Shown here: positions 18,644 through 28,672 of the stretch, piece after piece
Numbering within the stretch: position 1 is the first letter of the stretch
Layout of the letters: the number at the start of each line of letters is the position of its first letter
Assembly: GCA_964412585.1 (NCBI GenBank)
Contig: CAYPPJ010000005.1
Location: forward strand, 1,512-65,511
Reading direction: 5' to 3'
Length of the DNA stretch: 64,000 nucleotides
From: an uncultured Candidatus Saccharibacteria bacterium
GTDB taxonomy: Bacteria > Patescibacteriota > Minisyncoccia > Phycocordibacterales > PALSA-1337
The notes under the pieces: generated by a model
The model's database searches: none
What the model was told of the DNA's origin: nothing
What the model saw: only the letters and a program-made list of their open reading frames with translations
Position numbers and translations under genes: made by a program

Positions 18644-20167
18644 ATGAATAGCATCAAGAAACACCCCCTCATTTGGGGCTTTATCGGTATCATTGTCATC
18701 ATTATCGTCATTATTATTGCTTTTGGTAGCAAGGGACCAGAGGAACAGACTATGATTGTGCACCGAGCAGACTATACCAACACTGTCGCCGTCTCAGGAA
18801 AAGTAGTGGCAGCACAGAACTCGGATCTTGGATTTGATCAAAGTGGACGAGTCGCAACCATATCCGCGGCTGTTGGCGACAAGGTCAAAGTTGGTACAGT
18901 CATCGCCTCTATCGACAATGCTGCCATTCGCGCCGATCTTGCCCAAAAGCAGGCAACACTTGAAAAAGAACAGGCCAAACTCGCGGCCCTCCGCCGAGGT
19001 ACGAGGACCGAAGAACTTGCCGTATCCGAACAAAAATATCTTGACGCATCATCTGCTCTTATCATTGCTTTGCGAAATGCATATACACAAACAGAAGGAG
19101 CTATCCTCACAAAAGCAGATACTTTGTTCAATAATGGCAACAGCGTCAATCCGACACTCAACATCAATGCGCAGTCTGATACCCAAAAGCGCGCAATCGA
19201 ACTTGAGAGAATCGCACTTGGTGACACGCTTGCTACATGGAGAAGTGCACTCGCCACGTTGACGGCAGGAGCAGACGCTAAAACACTCGCGAGCGTTCGT
19301 ACAAAAGGGACACAAGTAATGGCCGCCACAAAATTATTTATTGACCACCTTGCGACTATTACCAACAATCTCAACATCAATAACGCGGGAGTATCGCAGG
19401 CAACGATCGACACATATCGCTCGACAATAAATGCTGCAGCGCAACAGATTGGTACTACCGCTTCGACAGAGCAAGAAAGCTACAGCGTATGGACATCTTC
19501 TTCCAAGTCGCTCACTCTTGACCAATCAGGATCAGCTACAGAAGACATTACCGCACAAGCGGCACAGGTCAGATCTGCTGAAGCGGATGTCGCCAATGCC
19601 CAAGCCCAGCTTCGTAAAACACTTATTGTCGCGCCTTTTGATGGAAGTATCACAAAGATGGATCTCAAGATAGGAGAGATCGCTTCACCAAACACTTCAA
19701 AAGTCTCTATGATGAGTACCAACACATTTGAAATAGACAGTTATATTCCTGAAGTCTATATCGCCCGTGTCACCGTTGGTAACACTGCCACCCTCACACT
19801 CGACGCTTTTGGCAGCGAGCGCACATTCAATGCTTCTGTCATCTCTATTGAACCAGCCGAGACAGTGAAAGATGGCGTTTCGACATACAAAACAAAACTT
19901 CGTCTCGTCGATGGTGACCCGCAGATTCGTTCAGGTATGACAGCTAATATTCAGATTATAACCGAAATCAAGGAACAGGTTATCGCCGTACCTCAAGGTG
20001 TCATCATATCTGCCGATGGAACAAAGTATGTCGAGGTCAAACGTGGCGCTGTCAATGAACGCGTACCAGTCACACTTGGCGGCACAGCAGGCTTTGGTCA
20101 CATCGAGGTCATTTCTGGCTTGCAAGAAGGAGATATCGTCGTCCTCCCGCCAGTCACCACCAATTAA
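18644..20167 (+). CDS. Efflux periplasmic adaptor (HlyD/MacA-like) with long coiled coil
   Basis: N-terminal TM, VGDKVKVG lipoyl half-motif, IVAPFDG, RSGMTA. Confidence 0.88.
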   Translation: MNSIKKHPLIWGFIGIIVIIIVIIIAFGSKGPEEQTMIVHRADYTNTVAVSGKVVAAQNSDLGFDQSGRVATISAAVGDKVKVGTVIASIDNAAIRADLAQKQATLEKEQAKLAALRRGTRTEELAVSEQKYLDASSALIIALRNAYTQTEGAILTKADTLFNNGNSVNPTLNINAQSDTQKRAIELERIALGDTLATWRSALATLTAGADAKTLASVRTKGTQVMAATKLFIDHLATITNNLNINNAGVSQATIDTYRSTINAAAQQIGTTASTEQESYSVWTSSSKSLTLDQSGSATEDITAQAAQVRSAEADVANAQAQLRKTLIVAPFDGSITKMDLKIGEIASPNTSKVSMMSTNTFEIDSYIPEVYIARVTVGNTATLTLDAFGSERTFNASVISIEPAETVKDGVSTYKTKLRLVDGDPQIRSGMTANIQIITEIKEQVIAVPQGVIISADGTKYVEVKRGAVNERVPVTLGGTAGFGHIEVISGLQEGDIVVLPPVTTN

Positions 20168-20173
20168 CACCGC

Positions 20174-21430
20174 ATGTCTTCACTGCTCAATGTCCGTATT
20201 GGCGCATTCCTGGCACTTCGCCAGATCAAACGCTCAAGCAAGTGGACCACGACATTGATTATTTTCGTGATGATTTTGACGTTCCTGAACCTCGTCGTCG
20301 TTTCAGGTGTTCTGGTGGGACTCATCCAAGGATCGGTTGATGCTCAGCGCAGACAATATACCAGTGATGTCATCATTTCGACATTAAGTACCAAGACATA
20401 TATTGAGCACAGCGCCGATATCATTTCCCTGCTGCGTTCCTTGCCAGAAGTTGATGCAATCAGTCCACGCTATGTGAGCGGTGTGCAACTTGAGGCAAAC
20501 TACAAGACTCGTATCAACCAAAACGACAAAGCAAATACGGCAGGTGGCGAACTCGTCGGTATCGACCCACGAAGTGAAGACGAGATTACCAATCTCTCGA
20601 AGTTCGTTATCGAAGGATCATACCTCTTGCCGACTGATTATGACCAAATCTTACTTGGTTCCTTCTTGGTCAAAAAATATGTCCCAGTCAACAACCCTGG
20701 GTTTAGCGCCTTGGAAAATGTTGAACCTGGATCAAAAATCCGTATCAAAGTTAATGGCATCGTCCGCGAGGTTACCGTTAAAGGTATCCTCAAAAGCAAG
20801 GTCAACGAGACTGGTTTGCGCTCATTTATGGTCGACAGCCAACTCCGTAGCTTGATTGGTCGCAATGATTTTAATGTGGGAGAAATTGCGGTACGCCTCA
20901 AAGCGGGGGCTGATCCTATACTGGTGCGCGACACACTGATTCGCAGCGGGGTCAACACAGTCGCCAAGGTGCAAACGTATGTTGATGCACAGCCAAAGTT
21001 TCTCAAAGATATCAAAGATACCTTTGCACTCCTAGGTAATATGATTAGCTCTATTGGTCTCGTCGTAGCCTCAATTACCATCTTTATTGTGATCTTTATC
21101 AATGCTATTACTCGCCGCAAATTCATTGGTATTCTGAAAGGCATCGGCATCAATGGTAAAGCCATTGAGATTTCATACGTCATTCAGTCTATTTTCTATG
21201 CAGCCTGTGGTTCTATTATTGGGCTTGTATTTATCTTCGGATTCCTTCAGCCACTCATAGCCGCACACCCGATCGACTTCCCCTTCAGTGACGGTATTCT
21301 CGTGGCTCCATTCGGCGAGACATTGCTCCGCGTTGGATTACTCATCTTTGCCACCATCATTGCGGGATATATCCCCGCACGCATGATTGTTCGCAAGAAT
21401 ACACTTGATTCGATATTAGGGCGAAAATAA
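20174..21430 (+). CDS. ABC transporter permease (FtsX/MacB family)
   Basis: 4-TM topology, RRKFIGILKGIG, GYIPAR. Confidence 0.9.
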   Translation: MSSLLNVRIGAFLALRQIKRSSKWTTTLIIFVMILTFLNLVVVSGVLVGLIQGSVDAQRRQYTSDVIISTLSTKTYIEHSADIISLLRSLPEVDAISPRYVSGVQLEANYKTRINQNDKANTAGGELVGIDPRSEDEITNLSKFVIEGSYLLPTDYDQILLGSFLVKKYVPVNNPGFSALENVEPGSKIRIKVNGIVREVTVKGILKSKVNETGLRSFMVDSQLRSLIGRNDFNVGEIAVRLKAGADPILVRDTLIRSGVNTVAKVQTYVDAQPKFLKDIKDTFALLGNMISSIGLVVASITIFIVIFINAITRRKFIGILKGIGINGKAIEISYVIQSIFYAACGSIIGLVFIFGFLQPLIAAHPIDFPFSDGILVAPFGETLLRVGLLIFATIIAGYIPARMIVRKNTLDSILGRK

Positions 21431-21439
21431 ACAACTACC

Positions 21440-22117
21440 ATGATAGAAACACGCAACCTCAAAAAAGCATTCCAAAATGGAGCAACGACAACCGAGATTC
21501 TCAAAGGTATCGATTTTCATGTCGAGCGTGGTGAGTTCGTAGCGATCATGGGACGTTCTGGTGCCGGCAAAAGTACGTTCATGTACCAGATCAGTCTCCT
21601 CGACGAACCGACCAGTGGTGAGATCATCATCAATGGTGGACACAATGCAGCCCTCATGAGCAATGAAGAAAAAACAGACTTCAGATTGACTCGTCTCGGG
21701 TATGTATTCCAAGATTACGCACTCATTCCAGAACTAACCGCACTCGAGAACGTTGCTCTGCCACTCTTGATGCAGGACATACCGCAAAAAACAGCCTACG
21801 TGCAGGCCGGAGAAGCCTTGAGACGTGTTGGACTATCTACTCATATGAATCAGTTACCGAGTCAGCTCTCAGGCGGTGAGCAGCAACGTGTCAGTATCTC
21901 ACGTGCCATCGCTCATAAGCCAGACATTCTCTTTGCTGATGAACCAACCGCCAACCTCGATAACGAGTCATCAAAGGTCATCATGAATATCTTCCTCGAG
22001 CTTCATCGTGCGGGCCAAACTATCATCATGGTTACGCACGAACCAGAATATGGAAAAATGGCACAAAAGATTGTACACCTAGATGATGGAAGGATTGTGA
22101 ATATTACGAAGAATTAG
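21440..22117 (+). CDS. ABC transporter ATP-binding protein (LolD/MacB type)
   Basis: GRSGAGKS, LSGGEQQRV, ADEPT, VTH. Confidence 0.95.
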   Translation: MIETRNLKKAFQNGATTTEILKGIDFHVERGEFVAIMGRSGAGKSTFMYQISLLDEPTSGEIIINGGHNAALMSNEEKTDFRLTRLGYVFQDYALIPELTALENVALPLLMQDIPQKTAYVQAGEALRRVGLSTHMNQLPSQLSGGEQQRVSISRAIAHKPDILFADEPTANLDNESSKVIMNIFLELHRAGQTIIMVTHEPEYGKMAQKIVHLDDGRIVNITKN

Positions 22118-22124
22118 GCTTTGC

Positions 22125-22244
22125 AAATTCCCCTATGCAGCGCTAGGGTTTTCGAACAACAACATAAAGTCACAGCCGTACTCCGCGTACCTCCGTCTTT
22201 TCATGTTGTTGTGAGGAAACCTCTGGCGCTGTATAGGGGAATTT
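22125..22244. repeat. 120-nt imperfect palindrome between convergent genes
   Basis: AAATTCCCCTATGCAGCGCTAG / CTGGCGCTGTATAGGGGAATTT and ACAACAACAT / ATGTTGTTGT. Confidence 0.7.
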
Positions 22245-22810
22245 TAATACTTCCTGACCACACCAGTCACCTTTGCAGCAATCTTGATATCGTACTCGGG
22301 ATAGATAGGCTTGTAGTTTTTGTTTGCAGGCTCAAGATAGACTTGCCCACCCTTTTTCCTCAAATACTTCATCGTCCAGCCACCGTCCACCTCGGCAATG
22401 ACAATATCTCCTTCGCGAGGGTTCGATGTGCGCTCCGCAACCACCAAGTCTCCTTCTTGGATGCCCGCATCGATCATGGAATCTCCCTTGACCTCAAGCA
22501 GGTAGGTTTTATCTTTGTCATTTATCAAATATTCATCAATACTCAACGTATCAAGTACTGTCTCCTCTGCCACTGTCGGAAAGCCAGCCTCAACAAGCCC
22601 AAGCATAGGAACTTCTCCGATAAGCTTGTTGGGTATCAGGCGACCGCTGGAATCTTTTTCAAGCACACCTTCGCCAATAAGCTTGTTGACGAGCTTGTAA
22701 ACGGCATTTTTGGACTTGAAACCAACCAGCTGCATAATCTCCGCATAACTCGGCATGCGCTTGGTACGTTTGTAGAAAGATATGATTTTGTTCTTGTAAG
22801 AATCACTCAT
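22244..22810 (-). CDS. lexA: LexA-family repressor (wHTH + S24 peptidase)
   Basis: MPSYAEI..GFKS HTH, Ala-Gly cleavage site (VEAGFP), catalytic Ser (GDSM) and Lys (TMKY). Confidence 0.88.
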   Translation of the reverse strand: MSDSYKNKIISFYKRTKRMPSYAEIMQLVGFKSKNAVYKLVNKLIGEGVLEKDSSGRLIPNKLIGEVPMLGLVEAGFPTVAEETVLDTLSIDEYLINDKDKTYLLEVKGDSMIDAGIQEGDLVVAERTSNPREGDIVIAEVDGGWTMKYLRKKGGQVYLEPANKNYKPIYPEYDIKIAAKVTGVVRKY

Positions 22811-22938
22811 GGGGTTAAGTAACGTTAAGTTGGGCATGTATCAATTGTAGCACTTGTGCCGCTCTTACAGTCCACGAAGCAGATACACTCGGGGAGAATA
22901 CATCCGTTTCATAGACTTGAAGCACGGCACAAGTCCAA

Positions 22939-23130
22939 CTAATTGAATGCGAGTGTGAAGAAGCTAAACATCGAACGACGAGGAGCAAGACGAGCAAGCT
23001 GGGCCATCAAGAACCTGTGTCGGAGCGCTTCACGCCTGTACGAAACGCCTTTGATGATGCGGAGGTCAATCTCTTGATTGAGACGATCTATCTCAGCTCG
23101 AATAGTTTTGATGGTTTGATGCTTGCTCAT
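22939..23130 (-). CDS. Small basic hypothetical protein upstream of lexA
   Basis: 63-aa ORF directly under the palindrome-containing promoter. Confidence 0.6.
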   Translation of the reverse strand: MSKHQTIKTIRAEIDRLNQEIDLRIIKGVSYRREALRHRFLMAQLARLAPRRSMFSFFTLAFN

Positions 23131-23177
23131 ACTTGTCTTCGTTTATATTGATAAATGCAGTTCACTACTGCCTTATC

Positions 23178-23206
23178 ATTATAGGTGAACTATCGTTCAC
23201 CTGCAA
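23178..23206 (-). promoter_or_regulatory. sigma70 promoter containing a candidate LexA box
   Basis: Minus-strand TTGCAG-17-TATAAT with perfect palindrome AGGTGAAC-TATC-GTTCACCT (23183-23202) in the spacer. Confidence 0.75.
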
Positions 23207-23286
23207 GTATAAAGGTGTGGACAACCCTTGATTGTGCCTGCTATGGACACAATCAAGGAGCCGTGGCCGGATGGCCATAACCTTAT

Positions 23287-24264
23287 CTATTGCACACCAT
23301 TCGCACCTTCAATAAGCTTTGGCTTGTCAGGATCCTGTGCCGATTCAGGAGGAACATATCGAGTACCTGGATAATTTGGTGATGAAGGTGGCTGATAATT
23401 TGGATCGCTTGAATTGGGTGAAGATGTATTATCCGGAACGACTGAGGTGTCAGTGTTCCCTGTGCCATCATCTGATGATGGTGTGGAACTTTGTCCTGAG
23501 GGATTGTTCGCTTCTTGTAAATCATGCTGCAAGTCGGCAACGTGTTGATTTGCGGCAGAAGTATCGTCTTGTTGTTGCTGTACAACCGACGGAGGGACCG
23601 ACGTCTGCGCCAGATCCGAAACTGCTTGGTTCGCATCTTTGATAGCCTGATCAACGGCACTCTGGTCCGCAGAAATATCAGAAGGGCTCAGTCCTGAATT
23701 TTCTGGAGTAAGTTGTTCGACTAATTTTTTCAAGTCCTGAATATCTTGTTTAATCTCGGCAGCATACTGTGAAGCCTGCGCGGCAGCGGTTGGATTTGAG
23801 TTCAGTGAAGGATTGCTTACCAATTGCCTCCATTCTTCGAGTATTTGTTTTATGTGTTCTTGCTCGGCAATAATATTCTGTTGGATTTTCAGCTGAGCGG
23901 GAGATGGCTGTGATGCCTTGAGGTCTCCGATAACCCTATCGATACGTCCCACGATATCAGTCAGGACATTCTCGTAGACTTCTTGTCGAACTGCAGCGAG
24001 CGCCTCAGCTGAAGTCGGATAATTTGTTAAGAGGTTCAAACGTTCAAGCTCTACGCGCGCATCGATGCGTGCCTGCGCCAGTTCAGCCGCAATCTGCTCA
24101 GCACTGGCATGGCCAGTAGCAAGCATTTCAGCACTCTTCACGAGGGCATCCTTACCCGCTTCATCATCACGAATCTGCACAGAAACGTAGACCCCTCCCG
24201 CAACGAGAGCTAGGATGAAAACCGAACTAATAATAAAAGCTGGTTGTAAGAGGAGCCGATTCAT
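23287..24264 (-). CDS. Membrane-anchored coiled-coil protein with S/P/D-rich tail
   Basis: N-terminal TM, Q/A-rich helices, low-complexity C-terminus. Confidence 0.75.
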   Translation of the reverse strand: MNRLLLQPAFIISSVFILALVAGGVYVSVQIRDDEAGKDALVKSAEMLATGHASAEQIAAELAQARIDARVELERLNLLTNYPTSAEALAAVRQEVYENVLTDIVGRIDRVIGDLKASQPSPAQLKIQQNIIAEQEHIKQILEEWRQLVSNPSLNSNPTAAAQASQYAAEIKQDIQDLKKLVEQLTPENSGLSPSDISADQSAVDQAIKDANQAVSDLAQTSVPPSVVQQQQDDTSAANQHVADLQHDLQEANNPSGQSSTPSSDDGTGNTDTSVVPDNTSSPNSSDPNYQPPSSPNYPGTRYVPPESAQDPDKPKLIEGANGVQ

Positions 24265-25002
24265 CTATGTTTTACCCAAAAATACTTTTTCTAATACTCC
24301 GGCTGAGATAATGGTGTGCGGATTGCCTTCAGCATAAACCTTCCCCTTATCGAGCACATACGCACGGGTGGTAATTTCGAGCAGTGATTTCAAATTGTGT
24401 TCAACCACAACAATGGCCATCTTGCGACGCTCATTGATCTCCTTCACTTTGGCAAATACCTCCTTTACAATCTTGGGTGCCAAGCCAAGCGATGGCTCGT
24501 CGAGAAGAAGAATTTTTGGATCAGTCATGAGACCACGTGCAATAGCGAGCATCTGCTGCTGACCGCCAGAAAGTGTGCCTGACTTTGCTTTGAGCTTGCC
24601 ACGAAGCGCAGGAAAGAGGTCGAGTACATTTTCCATACGCTCCTTGCGTTCTTTGGCGCTCGCAATGGACCAGCCGCCAATCTCGATATTTTCATAGACA
24701 GTCAAATGTTTGAAGACGCGACGCCCTTGTGGCACAAATGAAATGCCTCGATGAACAACTTCATGAGATACAGGCGCAAATTCCTTGCCTTCCCAGTAAA
24801 CTTTGCCGGTCTCAATAGGGGCCAGACCAAAGATGGCTTTGAGGATAGTAGATTTGCCCGCGCCGTTGGGACCCATGAGTGCAACGACTTCCCCTTCGTC
24901 GATAGAAACAGATGCTCCTGCAAGCGCTTTGACGCCGCCATAGTGGACATGGATGTCGTTGAGGCGCAACAATGTTTCTGAAGCGGTTTTATCCTGTGAC
25001 AT
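24265..25002 (-). CDS. livF: Branched-chain amino acid ABC ATPase LivF
   Basis: GPNGAGKS, VPQGRRVF, LSGGQQQMLA, DEPSLGLAP. Confidence 0.93.
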   Translation of the reverse strand: MSQDKTASETLLRLNDIHVHYGGVKALAGASVSIDEGEVVALMGPNGAGKSTILKAIFGLAPIETGKVYWEGKEFAPVSHEVVHRGISFVPQGRRVFKHLTVYENIEIGGWSIASAKERKERMENVLDLFPALRGKLKAKSGTLSGGQQQMLAIARGLMTDPKILLLDEPSLGLAPKIVKEVFAKVKEINERRKMAIVVVEHNLKSLLEITTRAYVLDKGKVYAEGNPHTIISAGVLEKVFLGKT

Positions 25003-25091
25003 AGGTAAATTGTGCCATTTTTTCGAAACTATTGCAAAATCTTACAGCGCTGATAGGATTGGGGTAAACTGCGGTCAAAGAAAGGCCCCCT

Positions 25092-25391
25092 ATGGTACAC
25101 AATGCAATACTCCAGGCAGTTTTGGAGGGTCGCACTGTTACTGTAGTGGTTACCGGCGGAGAGGTAGACGTTGGCATATTCAAGGCCAATATTCGGAGGA
25201 TACACGGCGGCGTCGCATTCGGCGTCATCAAAGGTGTATCCAACGGAGTGATCGAGCAAAAAATCACCATACCCCCTTCGGGTGTGGAAGGAATACGGAA
25301 TCAGCTCATGAGTCTCTTGAGCCAATCCTCTCTCGACATCAAACCCTTCGAACCGGAACCAGCACATGAAACACACGACTCGCCAAAATAG
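25092..25391 (+). CDS. Hypothetical protein
   Basis: 99-aa opposite-strand ORF with AAAGG upstream. Confidence 0.5.
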   Translation: MVHNAILQAVLEGRTVTVVVTGGEVDVGIFKANIRRIHGGVAFGVIKGVSNGVIEQKITIPPSGVEGIRNQLMSLLSQSSLDIKPFEPEPAHETHDSPK

Positions 25392-25440
25392 CCCCCCCCG
25401 TCGCGCTCCCTAGGAACTTCTTTTCTTCGGAGCGTGATTT

Positions 25441-26583
25441 TTATTTTATTTCTTCTGCGATACCACCTTTCATAACTCGCATTGTAATCGCTCGATCTAC
25501 TTCACAATCACTATTGAACGTAAACGGCCCACTAACGCCAGAGTAGGTGCCGAGTTTATTTATAAGATAGCTTGAAACAGCTTCTGGAGTTTGAGTATCA
25601 GCATTCGCAAGTCCTTGAGCTAATACGCGAATAGAATCATAACTGTTTGCCGCGTGTGGAGACGGATATTCGCCATATCGCTCTTTGTACGCGGATTTGA
25701 AGGAGACAATGTCGGGGTTTTCGCCTTCAGCAGGATCTGATGTATATGCGTAATCTGCGTAAAATACACCCTCCTCAAGGTCCTTATTTTTGAACTGCGG
25801 ATTCATGGTCGTCCAATTCTCACTTACAATAGGCTTCGATAGGCCGAGGTCTCGAATTTGTTTGAACATTGGTTCGACTGTATTGTAAATATTCGTAGTC
25901 ACGAGAATATCATAATCTTTCTCCATGCCCTTGAGTTTGGTAACCTGCGTCCTAAAATCTGAAGCTGCTTGATCGAACTTTTCTTGAGCGACGACTGTAC
26001 CTCCAATTGCTTTCAATCGCTCAATGGTCTTATCTTGAATGCCTTGACCATAATCGTTATTCGGCATCAAAAATGCGACGCGTGGTTTGGAAAACTTTTT
26101 GGCTATAAAATCAGCTAATGCCGGACCATAACTGTCTGCGGTCAACGCAAGACGGCACGTGAGAGGATTGTCGTCTTTATATGCCGGAATTGCGGCCGAT
26201 GGAACAATACCGAGGTTACCATCTGCCCTGATAACAGGCCCCACAGCTGCGGCAGCAGATGATCCGTCAAGAAAGAAGAACTTTATCCCTTGCCCTTTTA
26301 ATTTTTCATATGAAGGAACCGCGCGCTTTGAGTCATAAGCATAATCTTCAATGACGGTCTCAACTTTACGTCCATTTATTCCGCCCGTTTTGTTGATATC
26401 ATCGACTGCCAACGAAATGCCGTTCAGGCTTATTTTTGCAAAAGCAGCTGCTGGACCAGTCGGGAATGATACGACACCGATTTTGATGGTATCGGAAACT
26501 GTCGACTTACGAGAAGATGAAATGACCCAAATTATTATAATTATAACTACAATTCCTATTATAATTTTGGCTGTTTTATTCAT
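25441..26583 (-). CDS. LivK/LivJ-like ABC substrate-binding protein 1
   Basis: TM anchor, IKIGV, GGINGRK, DFRTQVTK, YDS. Confidence 0.9.
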   Translation of the reverse strand: MNKTAKIIIGIVVIIIIIWVISSSRKSTVSDTIKIGVVSFPTGPAAAFAKISLNGISLAVDDINKTGGINGRKVETVIEDYAYDSKRAVPSYEKLKGQGIKFFFLDGSSAAAAVGPVIRADGNLGIVPSAAIPAYKDDNPLTCRLALTADSYGPALADFIAKKFSKPRVAFLMPNNDYGQGIQDKTIERLKAIGGTVVAQEKFDQAASDFRTQVTKLKGMEKDYDILVTTNIYNTVEPMFKQIRDLGLSKPIVSENWTTMNPQFKNKDLEEGVFYADYAYTSDPAEGENPDIVSFKSAYKERYGEYPSPHAANSYDSIRVLAQGLANADTQTPEAVSSYLINKLGTYSGVSGPFTFNSDCEVDRAITMRVMKGGIAEEIK

Positions 26584-26588
26584 ATAAT

Positions 26589-27590
26589 TTATATTACTTC
26601 CACCTCACTCCCTTTCACCTGCTTAAGAATAAGCGGTCTCTTATATACTCCGAAACTATCAAACATGCCCGACGAATCAAGCTTCTTTTTTACACACAAT
26701 GCATCTCCATCGCATTCTTTCAACGTGGTCGCCGCAATATGCGCTGCTTGCTTTGATAATTCATAGACTGCACCCTGTGTTCCTCCCAAATCCCCCGCAA
26801 ATGAATAGAATACATCAGGAACCAGTGTACGCACGGCAGGCAACTCGGTAACGTAGGTGCCGAAGATTGGCGCAGTCACGCCAAGCTGACGGATTTTGAT
26901 GACCCCACTTCCAAAAAAGAATGCGGCATCAGGTGAATAGATCGCGTCAGGCTTCTCGGATTTGATTTTTGCCAATTCAGGCGCAACATCAGCTGTATTA
27001 TCAACAAAGGTGTGTTCGATAATTTCACCCTTAAACGCAGCCTTAAAGGCCTTTAGATGCGTTTCAGAAAAAGCATTGCGATAACTTACGACTGCCACCT
27101 TTTTGTAGCCGCGCTCCATCATTTTCTGCGCAATAAATGTAGATTCATTTTCAAGTGAATATTGGACGTTGAAGAACCGCCCGTCACTTTGAGTATAGAG
27201 ATCACTTGAAGCTGCTGAAGGTACCAACACAACTGCACCTGTCTCTTTGATTAACGGAATGACTGCCTCTTGTGGTGAACCGCAAGCCGGACCGATGATA
27301 ACTTGAATTTTTTCGAATTGGACGAGCTTGTTAAATGCGGAGACGGCATCCTTTGGCTCACACTTGTCATCTTCGAATACAAACTGAACGTCCAGCGTTG
27401 ACGAAGCTTCAGCCAAGACACCCTTGCGAATCTCTTCACCATAGTCAGCAAATGGTCCCGAAAGCACCGCAATGACGCCAACACGGAGATTTTTCGCTGT
27501 TGGCTTTTCCCCCTTCGTCGCAATCACCCAGACAATAAAAGCGAGGATGATGGCGGTGATTGTTATTTTAAGGGATTTGTTCATGCGCAT
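26589..27590 (-). CDS. LivK-like substrate-binding protein 2
   Basis: TM anchor, LSGPFA..G, EDDKC, IGPAC. Confidence 0.88.
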   Translation of the reverse strand: MRMNKSLKITITAIILAFIVWVIATKGEKPTAKNLRVGVIAVLSGPFADYGEEIRKGVLAEASSTLDVQFVFEDDKCEPKDAVSAFNKLVQFEKIQVIIGPACGSPQEAVIPLIKETGAVVLVPSAASSDLYTQSDGRFFNVQYSLENESTFIAQKMMERGYKKVAVVSYRNAFSETHLKAFKAAFKGEIIEHTFVDNTADVAPELAKIKSEKPDAIYSPDAAFFFGSGVIKIRQLGVTAPIFGTYVTELPAVRTLVPDVFYSFAGDLGGTQGAVYELSKQAAHIAATTLKECDGDALCVKKKLDSSGMFDSFGVYKRPLILKQVKGSEVEVI

Positions 27591-27594
27591 GTAC

Positions 27595-28668
27595 TTATTT
27601 TTTTACAATATGCTTCACCGAAATATCTGAAACGCTTTTGGACCCCGCAATCATCATCGTGTCTTTGAGCTCATTAGTCAACATATTCAGCACATCAAGT
27701 AAACCATCTTTACCATTTACCGCAAGTCCGTAGAGTGCCGGACGACCAATCAAGACTGCCTTTGCACCAAGTGCCAGAGCCTTGAAAATATCAGCGCCCG
27801 TACGAACTCCTCCATCAAGATACACTTCTATTTTGTTCCTAAGATCAGTGGGAAGCTGCGCAAGTGCAGTGAGCGTGGCAATAGCACTGTCATTCTGTCT
27901 GCCACCATGGTTGGAGACAACAATAGCTCGTGCACCAACCTCAATAGCTTTCTCTGCATCATCCGCATTCAATATTCCCTTGAGAATAAGGGGGACTTTT
28001 GAGTATGCAACGATTTCCCGAATAACATCCCAATCAAGAACCATGGGCATGTATTTTTCATAATAATCGTCGAGAGTCGTATATGGAAGCGATGGGTTTT
28101 CCGGAAACAGTGGGAGTTTGTGGACTGGAAAAGCAACCGGTGGTAGTGTCGGGTCGGTTTTACACATTGAACAACCCGTCACAGCATCGATGGTCAAAAT
28201 GATACCCGAACATCCGGCTCCTATCGCTTTCTCTATGTATTTTTTCATCAACCCCACATCCTTGTACATCAAAAGCTGGTACCAGGTATGAGACAAGTCA
28301 GAATCTATCTCATTAAAATCCAAAGTGGAAAATGACGAGATCGCATACTTTGTACCGAATGTTTTTGCGGCAGCTGAGGTATCAGCTTCACCTCTCGGCG
28401 TAAACATCTTGTGCCACGCCGTCGGCGCAATCATGATGGGCGCAGAGATGGGTGCACCCAATACACTCGTAGAAACATTCGGCTCATCCAAAATGGCGCC
28501 AGTTATAGAAGCGCTCGGCTTTATGTCATACATGGAGTACGCATTCAGATTTGACCGGAATGTTTTACCCTCGCCTGCAGTCTTTTGGATGTAGTCAGTC
28601 AGGCTCGGACCAAGCTTTTCTTTGGCTGCTTTTTCGTAGTCAGAAATTGAGTGCAAATCCATACTCAT
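27595..28668 (-). CDS. FMN-dependent alpha-hydroxy acid oxidase/dehydrogenase family
   Basis: APIMIAPT, LILKGI, VSNHGGRQ, DGGVRTGADIFKALALGA, GRP. Confidence 0.92.
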   Translation of the reverse strand: MSMDLHSISDYEKAAKEKLGPSLTDYIQKTAGEGKTFRSNLNAYSMYDIKPSASITGAILDEPNVSTSVLGAPISAPIMIAPTAWHKMFTPRGEADTSAAAKTFGTKYAISSFSTLDFNEIDSDLSHTWYQLLMYKDVGLMKKYIEKAIGAGCSGIILTIDAVTGCSMCKTDPTLPPVAFPVHKLPLFPENPSLPYTTLDDYYEKYMPMVLDWDVIREIVAYSKVPLILKGILNADDAEKAIEVGARAIVVSNHGGRQNDSAIATLTALAQLPTDLRNKIEVYLDGGVRTGADIFKALALGAKAVLIGRPALYGLAVNGKDGLLDVLNMLTNELKDTMMIAGSKSVSDISVKHIVKK

Positions 28669-28672
28669 GCTT

